A DNA stretch of 61,244 bases, the filler included, from Sphacelaria rigidula (Eukaryota): assembly GCA_964200075.2 (NCBI GenBank). It is 4 parts of 4 records of this genome, joined end to end, with 100 filler letters (N's around TTAATTAATTAA, not from the genome) between each part and the next. Parts side by side here need not be neighbours in the genome. Positions count along the whole stretch, not along the records: positions 15,338 to 30,574 come from CAXNAA020001845.1; positions 30,675 to 45,909 come from CAXNAA020001846.1; 2 more parts are not named here. One strand, 5' to 3'. Positions 23,955-38,300 of this stretch are shown here, in pieces. The notes beneath the pieces were generated by a model. That model was not told where the DNA came from. It ran no database searches and worked only from the letters and a program-made list of their open reading frames with translations. How positions within the stretch are numbered: position 1 is the stretch's first letter; each line of letters opens with the position of its first letter. The position numbers and the translations under genes are program-made.

Positions 23955-24790
23955 CTAGAGTGTCCTCTGTGTACTGATTGTCGCCGAAACGTAGCAAGTA
24001 GGCGACCGCGTAGTTGCTCGCTAGTGCGTCTGTTGTCTTGTTGCAAACTTTGTTGTTTTTCTCCGTGGGTACCTGATGGTGTTGTTTGACCGTCACTTAG
24101 TATCCGTGTATTCTCCTGGGATGTGATTCATCTTGTTCTTGGTCTTCGAGTGCCTTTACTTTAACACCTTTGGAACCGTTGATGGAAAAGTGATTTTTAC
24201 AAACTATCTCCCATATCCGAGCTTTCGTCACCGGGGAAACGTCACTTGGAGTTCGGTTCACGAATTTGTCACATTAATATACTTGAACTTAGAGCGGTGC
24301 ACCGTTTTGGTGGGCTACATCATCAACACTTGCAGAAAAACAACCATATCTTGCCCAAGAAACCATCAATTGTAAATCGCCACTTTTCCATCAACGGTTC
24401 CAAAAGGGTTGATGTCAAATCTGATGTGTTTGTTCACCAAACCCCGACCAACTCGGGGGGGGAAGGGTGTTGGATATACAACATATTCACTGAGCTAATA
24501 ATCAGCGTCCACTGAGCTAACAGTCAGCGCTGAATGTTAGCTCAGTGGATATGTTGTATATCTAACAAGGGGTTATCCTATGTTTTATTGACTCTCTCTC
24601 TCTCCTTCTCTCTCTCTTTCGCACTGATTAAGTTTGCTTTGATTTGCACTCTCAGAAGAAGCCGCTCGATAAGCGCTTCCACAGTATTTCATGCGAGGAA
24701 TAGTGGTGACGGTACTGGAAAAGCGGGCCTACATCTGTGACCACGGGTTCGAGAGATCGGGCAAAATGTGTGGAACTAAGACCGGATGTT

Positions 24791-25250
24791 GTGGCACACA
24801 GATTTTTGGCCCACCGATTGTTCACTTTTGGGACGTTTGACACACTTTTGTACCCCCAAACAGGGAAAAATCGCCATCACACATCTTGGGCACTTGCATC
24901 ACGCCACATAGAGGAGCCTGGCCCACTTTTCAGATTCGCTTGGCTCCAAGGTTTCGAGAGTGGCCGCTGAACAATAACAACCCGTATGCAATAAAATCTA
25001 CGACCATCTCCACAGATTATTGGGCAAACTGCCGTATGTTGACAAGCGCAGATTATTGTACACGAACTATTGTTCAGCGGCCAATTTCGAAACCTCGTAG
25101 CCAAGCGAACCTGAAAAATAGGCTGGGCTTCTCTCTGCGGGGGGATGCAAAGTGTCCAAGACGTGTTGCGATTTTCCCTGTTTGGGGGTAAAAACGTGGG
25201 TCAAACGTCCCAAAAGTGAACAATCCGTTGGCCAAAAATCTGTTTGCCAT
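24791..25250. mobile_element. Foldback MITE-like palindrome (arms ~185 nt)
   Basis: CAGATTTTTGGCC..GATTGTTCACTTTTGGGACGTTTGAC is mirrored by GTCAAACGTCCCAAAAGTGAACAATC..GGCCAAAAATCTG. Confidence 0.85.
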
Positions 25251-25739
25251 ACAGATAGCGTCAGATATTAAGAATTTCGTAGTTAAGAATCTCAGCCTCG
25301 TTTTTTTTAAATGAGAATTTACGGGTAAGCATTTGTGCTCAACTCAAAGGGGGAAATAAGAATTAGAAACTGGGGAGTTGCAAGAGGGTCGGAAGGTAAG
25401 AATCTGCAAAAATGCACTGCACCTCAGAATAATAAGAACCTGTATACATGACCACCATGGCTACATCAGGCCCCCAAGCAAGCTACCCCCTCTCTTAAAC
25501 CGGCGAACAACGTTGATATCCACTGGGACACCCCAAGGATAATGACAATTTGCTGGGACATCCCATGGATAATGGCAATCTGTACGAAACTCGTACAGTA
25601 CTGTTCTGTACTTTGTTTTGATTTTGTCTTTCGGTACAAGACTGGTTAATGTACTGCTTACTGCTCGCGCACGGTACAGTACTGTACCTGCAGTCCCTTT
25701 TGGTAGAGGATAGGATAGGGGGTAGGTACCTTGGCGTGC

Positions 25740-27785
25740 ACACCTGCACGACATCGCCTCCTTCAATTCACGGTGGAGAGGTTCCGTCGCGATGGATCGA
25801 TCCCACGACGTTTTGCGGAATCTGACGGCTCTTGCGAAGTGGGAATCGGACGGCGGGATCCTTGACCGACCTTTCTTGCTAATCAAGGAGCATGTCATCA
25901 AGGGCCACCATGTTGGTACCTCGAGCTTAGAGGGGATGGGCATGTCGTTGCCCAGGGACGAGATCCGAAGTACGGTCGGTTTCAGCTGAATGAACGGTTC
26001 AATTCCAACCAGGTGCCCTTGCCTTTCGTGAACAGCCAGTCGGAAACGTGGGCACCCAAGGGAAACAAGCGCATCGCTATCGCGCAGCCGTTCAGTGGGC
26101 TGGGAAAGAGGCAGTGCACGATCCAATCTACCATTGGGCCGGGTGGGAAGCTTATGCGATGCGCCATCATCTTTCGAGGGACCGGGAAGCGAATGTTGAA
26201 GGTTGAAAAGAAGGCGTGTGACCCTCGCGTTGACGTTTTCTTCCGGAAAAATGCGTGGGTGGACAGCGAGTTCTGCATAGCGTGGGGGGAAGTGCTGAGG
26301 CAAAAGCCTTATGCACGGGCAAGATGGGGTGCCCTCGTAGGAATCGCTACTGACTCTCGATAACTTGTTGGGACAGATAACGGACGAGTTAAAGGCATAT
26401 GTGAAGAAGGAGTGCAACTCGCTGGTGTGGTTTTACCCCGGAGGGTGCACGGATGCACTGCAGGCCATAGAGGCAGGCCTTGGTGCACTCATCAAGCACG
26501 AGGTTGGGAAGCAACTCGACTTATGGCTTGAAGACGGGGACAATCTGGAACGGTGGGAGAGTGTCTCGCTGACTGCACCTGACCGACGCGTCCTGGTGAC
26601 CAGGTGGGTCGCAGAAGCTGTGGACATCGTCGATAACCGGCCCGACTACAGATTCTGCCTGTTCGAGAAGACAGGGGCCCTGACGACGACGGGCGGAACT
26701 GGTAACGATCGAATCGAAGTGGAGGGATTGACGGGGCCTGTAGTGCTCATGGCCGATGGGAGCGACGACGAGGTGGACGAGGTCGGGGAGGGCAGCGGGA
26801 AAAGGAAAAGTGGGCAAGGAGAAGATGGGAAAAGTGATGAAGATATTCAAGGGGGGGGGGGAGGGGCTGGTGATGGGAGTGCAGAAAAAACGGGTGGAGC
26901 AGGGGGCGTGGAGAAGCAGCAAGGAGGACGGAAGAAGGACAAGGGTAGCGGGGACGAGGACCACGAGGACGAGGACAGTCAGGGACAGTGAGGACGAGGA
27001 CAGCAAGAACGAGGAAGAGGACAGCGAGGAGGAAGACGAAGACAGCTGGGAACAAGGTTGCGGAAAACGGGGTGTTGTTTGTGTTGTTTCTTCCGGTCTC
27101 GTTTACTTTAGCGGTTTCGGGTGGTTTACTGTGTAGGTCAGTAGATACAGCACGACAAGTGTTTCGTTTCGTGCGAACCTGACACGAAGTCTCGTGGCTT
27201 ACAGTATGACTAACAGCATAGCTCTCTGGTCGAGAATGTCTCCAGATATCGGCCCTTGTACCACGAGGAATGTGTCTCCGTTTCATGTTCGTTTGCGCCA
27301 ACGCTCTACCTTGTACGGTATTCAGGTGTCTCTGACAACGGGAAAGACCCGCTGACTCTGCTGGACGATGAAGACGACATGTCACCGGACGATGCGCCCA
27401 TCGGGATGGTGGTCCCGGACGGGTTTCGCCTTAACAACAGTCGAGACCATCTGCTTTAGATAGTTTCTTAGTGAAACGTGGAGTGTTTTGAAGATTGGGC
27501 ATGGAGTGGTTTGGTGGCCTGATCACTCGCAAGAGTCAGGAGCGCACCAAAGAATGATACGACTATCGTGTGAATCCTGAAGATCAGAGCGTGCGTAGCA
27601 TGAAGCTAACGTTAGCTGCATACAGCACGGAAGCAAGCGCGCCGGTGGGTTCGTGGGTCTTACTAGATCCTACTAACAAGCAGCAGAGGGGAGGTACGGT
27701 CGGAAGGGGCGGGCAGAGCAGCCAGCGCGGAGATCCAGAAACAGGCGGAAAAAAACGGCGTTCAGTAGGAGGGGAAGAGTATTGA
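25740..27785 (+). pseudogene. pogo/Tigger-type (DDE_1) transposase, degenerate, with acidic linker and extra C-terminal domain
   Basis: QVPLPF...KRQCTIQ...AIIFRGTG...VFFRKNAWVD...VWFYPGGCTDALQAIEAGLGALIK are typical DDE_1 blocks, with the LQPLD-equivalent mutated. Frameshifts and stops present; long D/E-rich tail. Confidence 0.8.
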
Positions 27786-30574
27786 CGCCCAATGTCCTTA
27801 ATATAGACCATAGCGATTGAGTGGCTATTCTGGCTAGAGTAGTACAGTGCTACAGCAGTTTTGTAGTCGTCGGAGGTGGGCAACATAAACTTTCAATACT
27901 GCAGTCCTGGAGTGCTTCGTCAAATAATGAAAATCTGGTGAAACACAACGTGCGTGATGGGTGTAATGTGCCAAACATTATTCTTGACAAGCGCTCAGGG
28001 GGGGAAATGCTGTATTGGATGCCTGTGCAAAATAAGAACTTCAAAATTAAGCATCTGGCGTTTTGCACCTCGTCGAACAATAAAATTTTGGATTCAAGCA
28101 TTTCTGCAGCAATCGGAGAGGAAATAAGACCCCGAGCCTCGCTCCAAATAAGAGTTTCTTAGCTGTTGCTATTAATATCTGTACTCGTAACATCCGGCCT
28201 AACACTAACAGTATGATGCTGTAACACAGAATACAGAACTGCATCCAAATTTCAACTTTCTCTATCTCTACAACACGCTGCACTGCCCCGCGAACCGCAC
28301 TGCAATTTTGCCGGATTGACCCCGATACCTGCAGTCGCATGTGCTTTCTGCTTCGTGCACTCTGCCCATCCGCCTAGCGTACTGGGCAGCGTACCACTTG
28401 ACCTACCTGGGAGCAGGATTTGCACGGTATCCTATTTTTTCCGGCAGTCCCTCGGCATGACACCTGCCGACATCAATAGAGGATCAGTCAGCAAGGAAAC
28501 GCCAAGAACAACTGCTCTCCTTGAACAACGTCACGTAGTGAGAGATGGAGGACTAGGGGATAAATTGTCTGTTGCTTTGGGATCGAGTGCTTGAAAACAG
28601 AGAGGAGCTGTTCAGCTATAGCATCGCCGATCGGGTCATGAGCTCCTCTCTGTTGCCAAGCAGACAGAAGAGGGCTCATGAACGACAAGTGCGTCCCAGG
28701 TTACGCATTTGAGTGAAGGGAACCGGACTCTGCCTCGAGCATTCAGAAAAATACGTGACACATAGCAATGCCCCCAAGTACTGTATGCTCCTTCCGCCTC
28801 TTTCTCCATCACCAACACTGCAGCTCCTACACTGTGTAAGATACGCATGCAGTTGTAGGCTTTTGGTCAAGTTTGTACAAGGCACCAGAGGGCACGAGAG
28901 AGCTATTAATAGGGTATCACGTCAACCAGAACAGCAGCGGGGGGTATTGTGCAGGATTTTTGAATTCAAATTTGCAAACTTGCAGCTTGCCTTTTGATCA
29001 TACACACACATGCTTGATGGCATCGAATACTGGCGTAGCATACCCGTATGATACTTGGAAACGCAATATGACTGACGGCATAGGCCAGCACACACCTCAA
29101 GCCTTTTGCGTTGACAGACCGGGGCAGCTAAGGGCTAAACGTGGACACCCGATACTACTGATTGATTGACCGTGGGTCATATCGAAGCTCGGATTACGAC
29201 CACCAGTAGTACAGATTCAAAATAGATTATGACCTTGCTGAAGGTACTACTTTGTTCGGATTCGTGATGCAGAAGTGCAGTACGACCGAGACGTACATGT
29301 TGCGTAGCGACGGCGACAGCGTTGTACTCGAGAGAATTGACAACCTAAATGCTGGAGGGGGAGACGGGTGAAGGTATTCTAGATTTACCATGGTGTCAGC
29401 TCAGTCTGTGTTTCGAGCTTTCAAGCTGCAGGGATTGGGGATACGAGGAGATGCCACAAAAGCCATAGTGAGAGTTTTAGATCGGTGAGTTCAAATATCG
29501 GCAAGTACGAGCACCGTGTTATTCTGTGCAGAGACCGTGCTGTGCTTTCAGCTGTACCCTGCTGGCAGATCGTCATGTACGCACTGCCAGTGCAGTTCAC
29601 CGGCTGGTTTTTACATCGTTTGCCTATTTCACCCATTTGCGGTGTACCGACCGCAGTACAATAATAGAGTACCGTATGGCGCGTTTTCTCCGCGTTCAAT
29701 CGAAACGCACGACCTTGCGTAGCAGTGCAGCTTGCACAATCCTGCCGGGGCAAAAGATGGCTCACTTTATGCCATGCCGCACTGTATCGCATATCACTCT
29801 CGTATAAGAGTGTCCCACGTAGTTCACTCCATCGAGATGTCCCTGCATACTTCGAGAGCAAGGGAAGCTGCCCAAAAAAAAGTCGACCTGTGTCGAACGC
29901 TCGATTTTCAATTTTCAAATCACGACTATGATGTGTGGGTATAACTTTTTACAGCACGCCTCGGGACAGTACCCGTCAGTCATATCGATTCCATTCGTCT
30001 TGACCCCTTGTAGCGCCGCAGACGGACCGCTGTGTCTGGGTAAGATGCGCCTAGGTGTGTCCGTCTATCTGCTGAGCCGGCATCATGTTTAGCTGATAGA
30101 GGGCTATCAGACACAGCTATTCATCCTCAAGGGCTCAAAGACTCAACCTTTTGGCCGTGAAGAGATCGACCAGAGCGAATGAAAATGCGGTGACGTGACT
30201 GCTGACTCTCGCAATCTTGTCCTACGCCTAGTAACCGGTAGAAAGCTCGTCCGAGGGTGAGCAGTATCCGGTATGATCCAAGTTAAGGGGAATCAGGGGC
30301 TGTCTTATAGTACTGGGCGCCTGAAGTACTTTTTGTTCCGAAGGGTTTTTTCTCGCGACTACTCTCGATAGGAGTCGAAAGTGCCTACTGTAGTGTCGGT
30401 AGATTTTGGTGAAATTAACTGATCGTCTTCCCCCCCCAGTGCCCACGTTAGTGTTACGAGCTGGGCCAGCCTAAAAACAGATTTAAGCTCTAAGAGCAAT
30501 ATCTCATCGACACAGACGAGTTGGGCCGTGACCCGTATATCGTATTAATCATCTAATCAAGGGGAAGGTGCCCA

Positions 30575-30674
30575 NNNNNNNNNNNNNNNNNNNNNNNNNN
30601 NNNNNNNNNNNNNNNNNNTTAATTAATTAANNNNNNNNNNNNNNNNNNNNNNNNNNNNNNNNNNNNNNNNNNNN
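30575..30674. other. Artificial contig linker
   Basis: N44-TTAATTAATTAA-N44. Confidence 0.98.
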
Positions 30675-30844
30675 GTGGGAATTCCCAGCTTCTCGTTGTG
30701 CTCGGCTTTTCCCATTTCGATTTACGTGAAGATTTTGCCTCCCAAAACCATGCACTTTGGGGGGGGCTATCGCAGAAAGTGTCATTGACGCTGCTTTTCC
30801 TTTTTGCGTTGTCGCTACGAATTTCTTGCAAAAAACCTCTTCCA

Positions 30845-31079
30845 GGCGGAGATTGACGAAGCGTATGTCTCCAGGACGCACTTGGCGGAAAAAAACAGGA
30901 TCCTGCGAAAGAAGAACGAGTTCGTGTCGGGCCTCAATGGAAATATCGTCGAAGGTATCAAAGGTATCGAAGGTATCGAAGGCCTCTCCGACGAAAATCT
31001 GGAGACCATCAGACGTATCCAAGCCGAGAACAAGAATCTGGTGATTGTGGAGGACCTCCGAAAGACCAGCTTCGAGTAG
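30845..31079 (+). CDS. Possible terminal exon encoding a coiled-coil-like peptide
   Basis: CTCTTCCAG acceptor then AEIDEAYVSRTHLAEKNRILRKKNE...LETIRRIQAENKNLVIVEDLRKTSFE*. No homology recognised. Confidence 0.3.
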
Positions 31080-32301
31080 GTCAGAGTCTTCGCTGCTCTG
31101 CCGTCCGGCTGTGGGGTGCACGCTGGAAGCCGTCGAGTAACTGTTCGTAGTCAAGAGAGGAGGCCAATATTATGTTGATGGGAGGCCTCGGGAGTTACGC
31201 CAATTCCAACAAAAACATGACCTGGACGATGTCCACGAGGAAGTGCAGCCTGCTCGTTCGGTCACCCGGTTTACTCTCGTCTCGGCAGTAAGGCTGTGCT
31301 GGCATTTGTTCACGGGGCGGCGTGTCCATACTTGGTAAAAGTTCATGCGTGGTGGATAGGTAGTCTTCACGTCCTACGGCGCTTATTGATCAACAGTGGC
31401 GGTCTTTGTCTTCGTCGACACTTCGGCCCCGAGCAATGTCACGTTACGTGCGGGGTGAGGAAGGAAAGGAAGTTGGAGCGATTGGATAGGAGCTAGGCTT
31501 GTGTGGGTAGTAGTATTATGACGCGTTTGCGTGGCGATGTAGGCGGATTGATTATTCTCGGGTGGGGGGGGGGGGTTTCGCGAATCTCTTTTTTCGCTGG
31601 TTAGGACACTTTGAATCGTTTTGTGGTCATTGCCGCTCCGGCAACGTCATGTAAGGCCGAAACTGCGATCCATCAACTACAGAAATGGTGAAGATCCTGA
31701 TTTCTTTTACCGTGTGCGAGCGTTCTTGAAACAATGTTCATCCGTGTGAATGTTGGAATTAGTTGCCGGCACTCATGATAACTTTTTGGTGGTGGAAGGG
31801 GTCGGGGGCGGGGGGGGGGGAATAGTGACGGAAGGCGTGTGGTGTCGGCAGCAGCGGAGACCTCACCTTGTTCGTTTGAGCTAGCACGGGTTTGTCATGA
31901 GCAGCCCAAACCGCCATGGGCAAGAGGTCTGTTTATGGGTGTTTGGCATCGTGTGCCTCCAAGGGATGCGCGCGCGCGGGGGGGAGGGGGGGGGGGGATA
32001 GGGGGGGGAATACATTTCTGGATTGTCTATCCGAAGAGACGGTCCGCTTGATGTCAATATAAAGTGCAAGCCGATTATGGCGGTACTCCCTAAGTAACGC
32101 CAGTCATTTCGCTCGACTACGCGTAAGCGCTACATATACTGGAAGATTTTCCGCCATACGATATAGGGTACACGCCATCTCCCGACAGGCAATAAGCAAG
32201 AGCAAGTATTTCACGTGGGTGTTGGATTCAATTATGTCTCTTGACATTGCCGAAGTCTCTTGAACCCCTTGCGAAGTTCAATTTTCACCCCGAACCTCGT
32301 G

Positions 32302-35300
32302 TCACTCGCCGCAACCCTTCGGTTCGCTTGGATCAGATACGTCCGCGTATGATGTGATGAAGCGGCTCGGCACCCCCTCATCTGCCGTTTTTCGCGTCTC
32401 GCTTCTGTCATCCGTGCCCCGAAAGTCTAGTTTGCCCATCCGCCCGGCACTTGCTATTGCTGTGATGCTCGTTTCGGCCCTATTTTTTTCTTCCAAAAGA
32501 TACTTTCGATAGGCTCGCACGAGGGCCGTAGACTTCCCTTTTTGCATCGAAGCGCGTACCTGAAAACGAGGAAGTGTGCGCGTTCATGCGTGAGAAAAGA
32601 TGAGGGTCACATCCTGCCGTGAGGGTCATTCTACTTTCTACGAATGTTTGAGTAACCTATTCAGGCTAGTTCACGCTCATATGCCGAAATTCAGTCATGT
32701 GCAACTGCTCACGCTGATTATTGGAGTTGAGAATCTGAAACTTTCGAACAACGGTGACTGTCGGGGGTTTTGGAGATTTTGGGGGATCACATGCTCATCT
32801 GGGACCCCTGATAACTAGCGAAAAAAAACAACACCCGGAAAACATCACTCTTTGAATGTTTCATAATGCACCGTAGTATGTGTGCGAATTTTCAGTCGAT
32901 CTCCAAAATCAATTTGAGCATCTGTGTCTTCGTGTGATGGAGTGGGCTTGAAAAATACAAAATCCGAACTACTTAGTTTCAGTGGGGAAACGACCTTTTG
33001 TGTACGTTTAGCGCCAAAACGACGCCTTTGCGTTACCTGACCGATTTTTCAAACGACAGTTCGTACGAATGTTCCTTGGACTACCTCGGGACACGAAAAA
33101 GTAATTGTTTGCCTTGAGTTATTATATACCCGGTTCCGGGAGTCCCCACGCCAGGGCCCCCGAAAGCCGGTTGAGAGCGGAGAAAACTTCGTGGTAGTTT
33201 TCAAGAGTACTTTTTCTTTTGGAGCATCGATATCTACCAAACTGCCAAGGTTGAGAACGTTCTGACTTTTTCACGACAGATATAAGGGAAACCGTTAGGA
33301 GGGTTGCTGGGTCAGGTGTATCTAGTCGATGGAAATCCGACGACTGTAAGACCTCACGGCACCAAGTACCATGATTTGGGGTATAACTTTATCACATGGT
33401 AACCGTTTTTAAAACTACATCTTCCGTTAGATTCCTGAGCTGATGGCAGTTACCACGAGTTAAAACATATGGGGATTGCGTAATATTGGGGCAGGATACG
33501 AGTTAAACATATGGGGATTGCGTAATATTGGGGCAGGATTCTGGGTGAATGTCCGAAATTTATTTCCTACTAGATACAGAACGCAAAATTGACGCGATAG
33601 AAACAGGTGTGGATCCATGGTAACCGCCATGAGCAAGCGAACAGTCAGTGTGACATAGCCAGAACTTTTCCTGCGTCGCCCTTTGCTGTGCCGCTAGTGA
33701 TAATCGGGAGCTTCTGAATTGTTCTGAAATAAAAAATGCGAATCCCCGGCACAATTTTCACCCAACCTCATCATGAATCATTTCTCAGCGACCGCCATCA
33801 GCTAGGAAATCTAACGCAAAAAAATAGATTTGTTTTGAAAACGGTTTGTATGGGATCGAGTCATACCCCAAACCGTACATTTTCGTGAGGTGGGATTTTG
33901 GTGTCGTCGGATTTCCATCGCTGGTGTGAATCGAAGACCCAGAAAGCCTCGTGACGGTTCCCCTTATATATGTCGTAGAAGAGCTCCCATCATCCTCAAA
34001 CTAGGTAGTTTGGTAGACATGGGTGCTCCACATCAAAAAAGTAAACCGTTGAAGAATATTTCAAACTTTCTTCCCTCTCTAGCTTTTTTTATCACACAAT
34101 GCCCAACAGTGGAGAGCGACTATATCGTGGGTACACAACATTATTTGACGTAATGATCGACGAGGGAAAGGGGCTGCTGAACCCCTCTCACGATAAAAAA
34201 GAAAGGCAAGCACCGCAGAAGGAAGGTGGAGAACAACAAAAAACAAGCAAAAAGTAAACTCCTGTGTTGGCACTCCTCCGGTGTGACGCCGGCTGGTGCG
34301 CCCACATGTACCAAAAGGTGTAGACCGGAGTCCAGAATAATAGATGGGATGACAACGCAAAACACACACACTACCGGCTCTCGCGTATCACGCCGTGAAG
34401 ACCCATAGACGCCGACACATATTGCCTCCAACTAAAAACGAAAATTTCATTCGTCTTGATGTAGTTCAAGGGACGTTTGTACAAGGTTTCGTCGCGACAT
34501 TCGCAAAACAGATCCCAAACGGTCGATGCAAGCTTGAACGCACTAGAAAAGGTCCCTAGCAAACTATTATCAAGTAATTAGGGGCTTCCGCATACATTTG
34601 TACACTTCAACCCACGCGCACGCGATTTCTCACGCGGGATTTTCGAGTTAGACCCTGCAATTTTGCACACGTGTGCTATGGTATGCTGCAAAATCTGTAG
34701 ATGAGGCTTTATCTCTTATTTCGCCAGAAATCCGGGGTCCCAGGACGCGGCATGAGCCCCGGGACCCTCGGGACCCCGTATTTCCGGCGACAAAAATCAT
34801 CAATACAACAACCCACAATATTCCATAACACACGTGCGCAAACTTTCTGGGTCTAACAAAAAATCCCGCTTAAGGAATTGTTGAGGATTAAATTTTGGGC
34901 GTTCAACCTGAACCAGTCTGTAGGGAGAGGGAAATAGTATTATCCCACACACAACTGGGATGTGAATGCTTCTTCCGGAACACCCCGAAACAAACGGTAC
35001 ACAGAAGAAGCGAAGAGACCAAGATATGGTTTCGCACTATAATATCATCCATGAGCCACCTGGTCATAAGCCCTGTCTCTGTCTCAGTTCGTGCTCACCA
35101 TTCGTCACAGGTTTCAGTGTCATTCACTCAGAGACTATCCTTTTGATTTTTTCAAACTGACTCCTACCGTGGACAAATGCACGGCGTGGTGAGCGCCTGG
35201 TTTGCTCTTGCAGAGCGTCAAGAACTCGTGAAACTGCGCTTGGTGGAGCTCGTTGACGACTTGTAACACCACGCCTTTCCGGTTACATTCCGCGTAACAG

Positions 35301-38300
35301 TCGCCCCGCCTAAGAGCTCCCACTGCCTCCTGTAAACGTACGTCGGAAGGAAAGAGAGCAAGCGGTCGTCCGCGGAGCGGGTTGAGCCTTTACTTCTGCT
35401 ACACACACTCCTGGTTTCAAGGAGAACTACTCAAAGATGTTGGACACTATGACATAATGCCACTGTAAAATCACGAAATATGTGTTGTCTTGCCGAAGGT
35501 GTGTTGTGTCGAAAGACCAAAAATATGGTGTTGATGAAAACTTGCTCCGAAGCCACAAGCCGAAACTCTTACGGATGACTTGGTGTTAACAATACTTTCG
35601 GAGTACTATGCCGCCGCGCCCCGGTGGTGTAATGGCCCGACTGTCGCCGTTAGGGTGGAGAGAACGGGGGTTCGATTCTCGATGCGTTAGGTCTTTTCTT
35701 CGAAATGTGTGATTTCCATCGTGGAAAGCGTGAGAACGTGAGTGAACAAAGTTGTTGATTGAGTTTGTTCGACGTGAGTTGACGCGGTGCGGGAGTGCTG
35801 ACCCGATCCGCGAGACCAAAATAATACGTACCGGGGGAGAGATGGTTTGATCCCTTGAGACCACGGCCTCATCCCGAGGAAGGGGATGGGTTCAAAGTGT
35901 GAGGGGGAAAAACATGTGTGTATATATATATATATATTAATATGACCTGCAATCATGATCCAATGATTGTATACCGTAGAGAAAATAGCTCAGCTTACAT
36001 GTCGTTCAGGTCGATATACCCCATCGTTGGTGTGCCATCAGGTGTTAACAGTAAACGTTGCACACACCTTGGTAAACCCGATGCTCACGCACAAAAACGG
36101 CCATCCTGTGCCGTCCTCCATAGATGTTCGGTAAAGCTTGGCCGCAAATGTCGGCTGCGTTTCCAGTAGGTACAGCACCTGTCGCACAAAAGCGCAACTA
36201 GACAGCTATTTTTCTGCGTGTCCGTTCATCTTGTCAGCCACATCACTTCCACAGCCTTGCAGAACGTGTGTACGTTTTTAAAGTGTCACATATGCACTTC
36301 CTCAATGTGGCATGGACAACACTTCATGCTGTTACTTTCAGCTAGCCTATGATTGACCAAAAGTGACAAAGAGGTATACCGTTTCCCTTGATCATGTCTC
36401 ACACGGTTGATCTGTATATCCAGGTCATGGAGCAGAGAGAGTCCAAAACCAGAGCGTAGACTCTTACTGTCACTGTTAGTGTTTTCACCTGAACAAGTGA
36501 GAACATCCCCATTGAACGGTTCAAATCCGTACGAGGATCGTTTCCCTGGAAGCCTACTGTATCCCAATGAGGTCCTTCATCTGGACAAGCTCGTTTATCG
36601 CCAGTCATCCTCCGGTACACGGTCTGAATGATCCGACGGTGCACCACATCCGCTGGAGTGTAATGGACCTGTACAGGCACAGGTGAGGGCGTGGCTTTGG
36701 CGTAACAACTTCACGACATGTGCTGCTGAGTGCCAACATAGATACCGTAAGTGTTTTCGGTTTTATCTAGGTAACGCGTTGTAACAGTTTCCGGAGGTAA
36801 TGTGTTCGTGCATACAAACAGCGTTATCGCTCTGTTGTGAAACACTAGCCCATGTCTACATGTTGAGAAAGCCATTCTGGCTGAGTAGCTCAGTGGTTAT
36901 TGGCGTTCTCAACGCTACACACCATTTTCATACTCTACAGCTTGGGTGTGCCAACCTCGTGCACACAGGAATTCCGGCAGGAAATAGTGAAGTAGCGGTC
37001 CACATAAGTGCCTTGTTTTCTGACCTGAGAAATGAGGAAGATCTCATCACGATGTTTCTCTGCTTGATCGATCCTGAGTGTTTCCGGTCTCCGAAACAGG
37101 CGCCATCGTTGCGGGCGCGGCTCCTCGCTAACAATCAAAGATCTATATACGCTGAGGTCCTAGGCGGTATGATATTCGCAGGGGAGATGCAAAACACAAG
37201 AGCGCCCATCACACGAATTGGCATATACTAGATCAGTACCAGAGGTACCCCGTTCGAGTGTACTCCGTTCATAGATATTGTACGATAGGGTGAATAGCTT
37301 GGGCACTGTGTAACAGGAGAACACAGAAACACACACCAGCGAGATGAGAGCCTTTTGTTGTTCCTATCACGCCGTACCGAGAATGCCGACCACTCTGTTT
37401 CTGTGCATTGAGCAGCATCATGGAGGATCTGTGTTTTGCAAAATACCACCAAAAACGGAATTACAGAATAGCCTCATCCGTAGAGTTATTAACTACAGCG
37501 GGGGTGGCGGGGCATGTGGTATGGTGCATATACGTTCATGTCAGCCCTACCCCTCCACGTGATTTATTTTGCGATCCGTTTGTATACCGCCATACTATCG
37601 AGTACCAGCCTATTTTCCTCTTCCCTGTGTTGTTCAGTTGCAGCTATCTCACCTGCGAACGGAAGTATGCCAACGCCTCGGACATGTTGACTATTTTATC
37701 CTTGGCGTCGATGCAGGCGGGTTTCAACGCACCACCGACCCCTTCCTTCATCGGCACAGAATTTTCCGCGGTTCGGAGCTGTGTAAAAGATGAACCATGA
37801 AAACAACGAGATCGGATACTAGACTGCCTGCCCACGGTAGTCACCAGGAAGTGATTCGCCTCACGCATCCTCTACCCTAAAGGCGAATGACTACTGTCCT
37901 CTTTGGAATATTGAACACGCCAAACGAGATCGTTGACGCCAAGTGCAAGGCGACTAAGCGACTCCAGCTCATTTGAATGAGTGTAGATCCGGTGCTCTTC
38001 ATGGTGACTATGGGAGATGCCGAGTGGATTGATTCACTGTTGTTGGGCCGCAGGCATATTCGGCATCGATACCCGTATTTCAAAGTTTAGTGTACTCCAC
38101 GTAGGCCAATTGTTCGTTATTACACCCAACGTGTAGTAAATAGTAGGTGTCGGAAGGTTCAAGTGAAGTATGCCACACCTGATCAATTGCCTCCCACTGC
38201 TGGAGCACCTCAGCCCGATCGTCCACCTCCTCACGCTGCACTTTGGTTTCCGCGCCCACCTGCAATTGCGGAAAAACACCTTTCACGGCGTCCTGATTTT

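Noticed and set aside
25461-27385. 318-aa and 212-aa - strand ORFs
   Set aside because: They are antisense shadows of the pogo transposase.
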